DNA from: Octopus bimaculoides | Taxonomy: Eukaryota | Length of the DNA stretch: 64,000 nt | NCBI RefSeq assembly: GCF_001194135.2 | Contig: NC_068994.1 | Span: 20,874,508 to 20,938,507 of the forward strand | Direction: 5' to 3' | Shown: positions 63,195-64,000 of the stretch, piece after piece | Layout of the letters: each line of letters starts with the position of its first letter | Numbering within the stretch: the stretch's first letter is position 1 | Translations under genes and position numbers: made by a program | Notes under the pieces: generated by a model | Database searches by the model: none | The model's input: only the letters and a program-made list of their open reading frames with translations | Told to the model about the DNA's origin: nothing

Positions 63195-64000
63195 GTAGGA
63201 GCTAATCCTCATCATCAACCTTGGGTGCTTCTTAAAAATTATTTTGTTGCGTATTATATAAGTGTCGTGTGTGTGTGTGTGCATTGACAATTCAAGTTCA
63301 GTGTCTCTGTCTCTCTCTCTCTCTCATTTTACCTTTGTTGGTTGTGGATGCAGCAAGAGATAAATACAAAAAATAGAAAGAAATGTATGTTTATATATTT
63401 GTATGGATTTTTGGTTGAAGATGCGAGTGTACATTCATCACTATGTACACCCTTCTGTGTCTCTTTGTGTGGGGGCAAGTGAATATGGTTGTAGCTTTAT
63501 TGTTTCGTGTGTTAAATATACCACAGTGTCATTTGTGTGTGTGTGAGAGAGAGAGAGAAAGAGATTATAATTTATGTTTGTGTGCTGTCTTATCTTTCTG
63601 AGCATATGTATAGATCTGCTATTTCATAATTTATATCACCATATTCATATGTTGTATAACCCCTACCTCTCACATTTTGTCTACACCATTTAATATTGTT
63701 CACACCCTGGTAGTGCCCAGCAACTAAGTCTGCGACTGATTTTTTTTTTTAATTCTTTGTATGTTCTAAAAATTTTAACATAGTCTGAAATGAAAATATT
63801 TTCTTCCTACCTTCATACTGATATAGCTGAGAGTGGGGTTCTTACCTGTTCATTACCTAGTAAATTCTCACCTGCATAGAATACCTTTCTATGATTAATA
63901 TTTGCTTGTAGAAGATAGTGTTAGTTACTCTTTTAACATTGATTTAGCTGTAACAAATGCATAGAGAAAATATAAATACATTTCGAGTGTATACACATTC

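Overview
This is AT-rich, microsatellite-rich animal genomic DNA from a scaffolded assembly with six N-gaps. It has no prokaryotic genes, rRNA, functional tRNA or CRISPR array. The repeat families look like those of Octopus (recognised from memory, not from a database search). Most of the window is intron-like sequence filled with transposable elements: RTE-clade LINEs, including one near-full-length copy at 51021-54560 with a PHD-type finger inside the RT region; three tRNA-derived SINE families; a further (AAC)n-tailed repeat family; a full-length decayed DD34D mariner; mariner-type and TTAA piggyBac-type MITEs; remnants of restriction-like-endonuclease (REL) LINEs; and Penelope-type remnants, one with a decayed hammerhead ribozyme. 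Nearly all long ORFs in the track are gap, microsatellite or TE artefacts. The non-TE signal is a CpG-retaining promoter-like island (~43.2-46.2 kb), a second promoter-like region (~62.4-63.2 kb) and several short + strand exon candidates. Their splice phases fit one large gene with several promoters and alternative N-termini (MGNNVH..., MSQRQCC..., MTSIFLPQQC...). That model is inference and the gene could not be identified. Several long inverted repeats could form dsRNA. I found no well-supported novel biological system.
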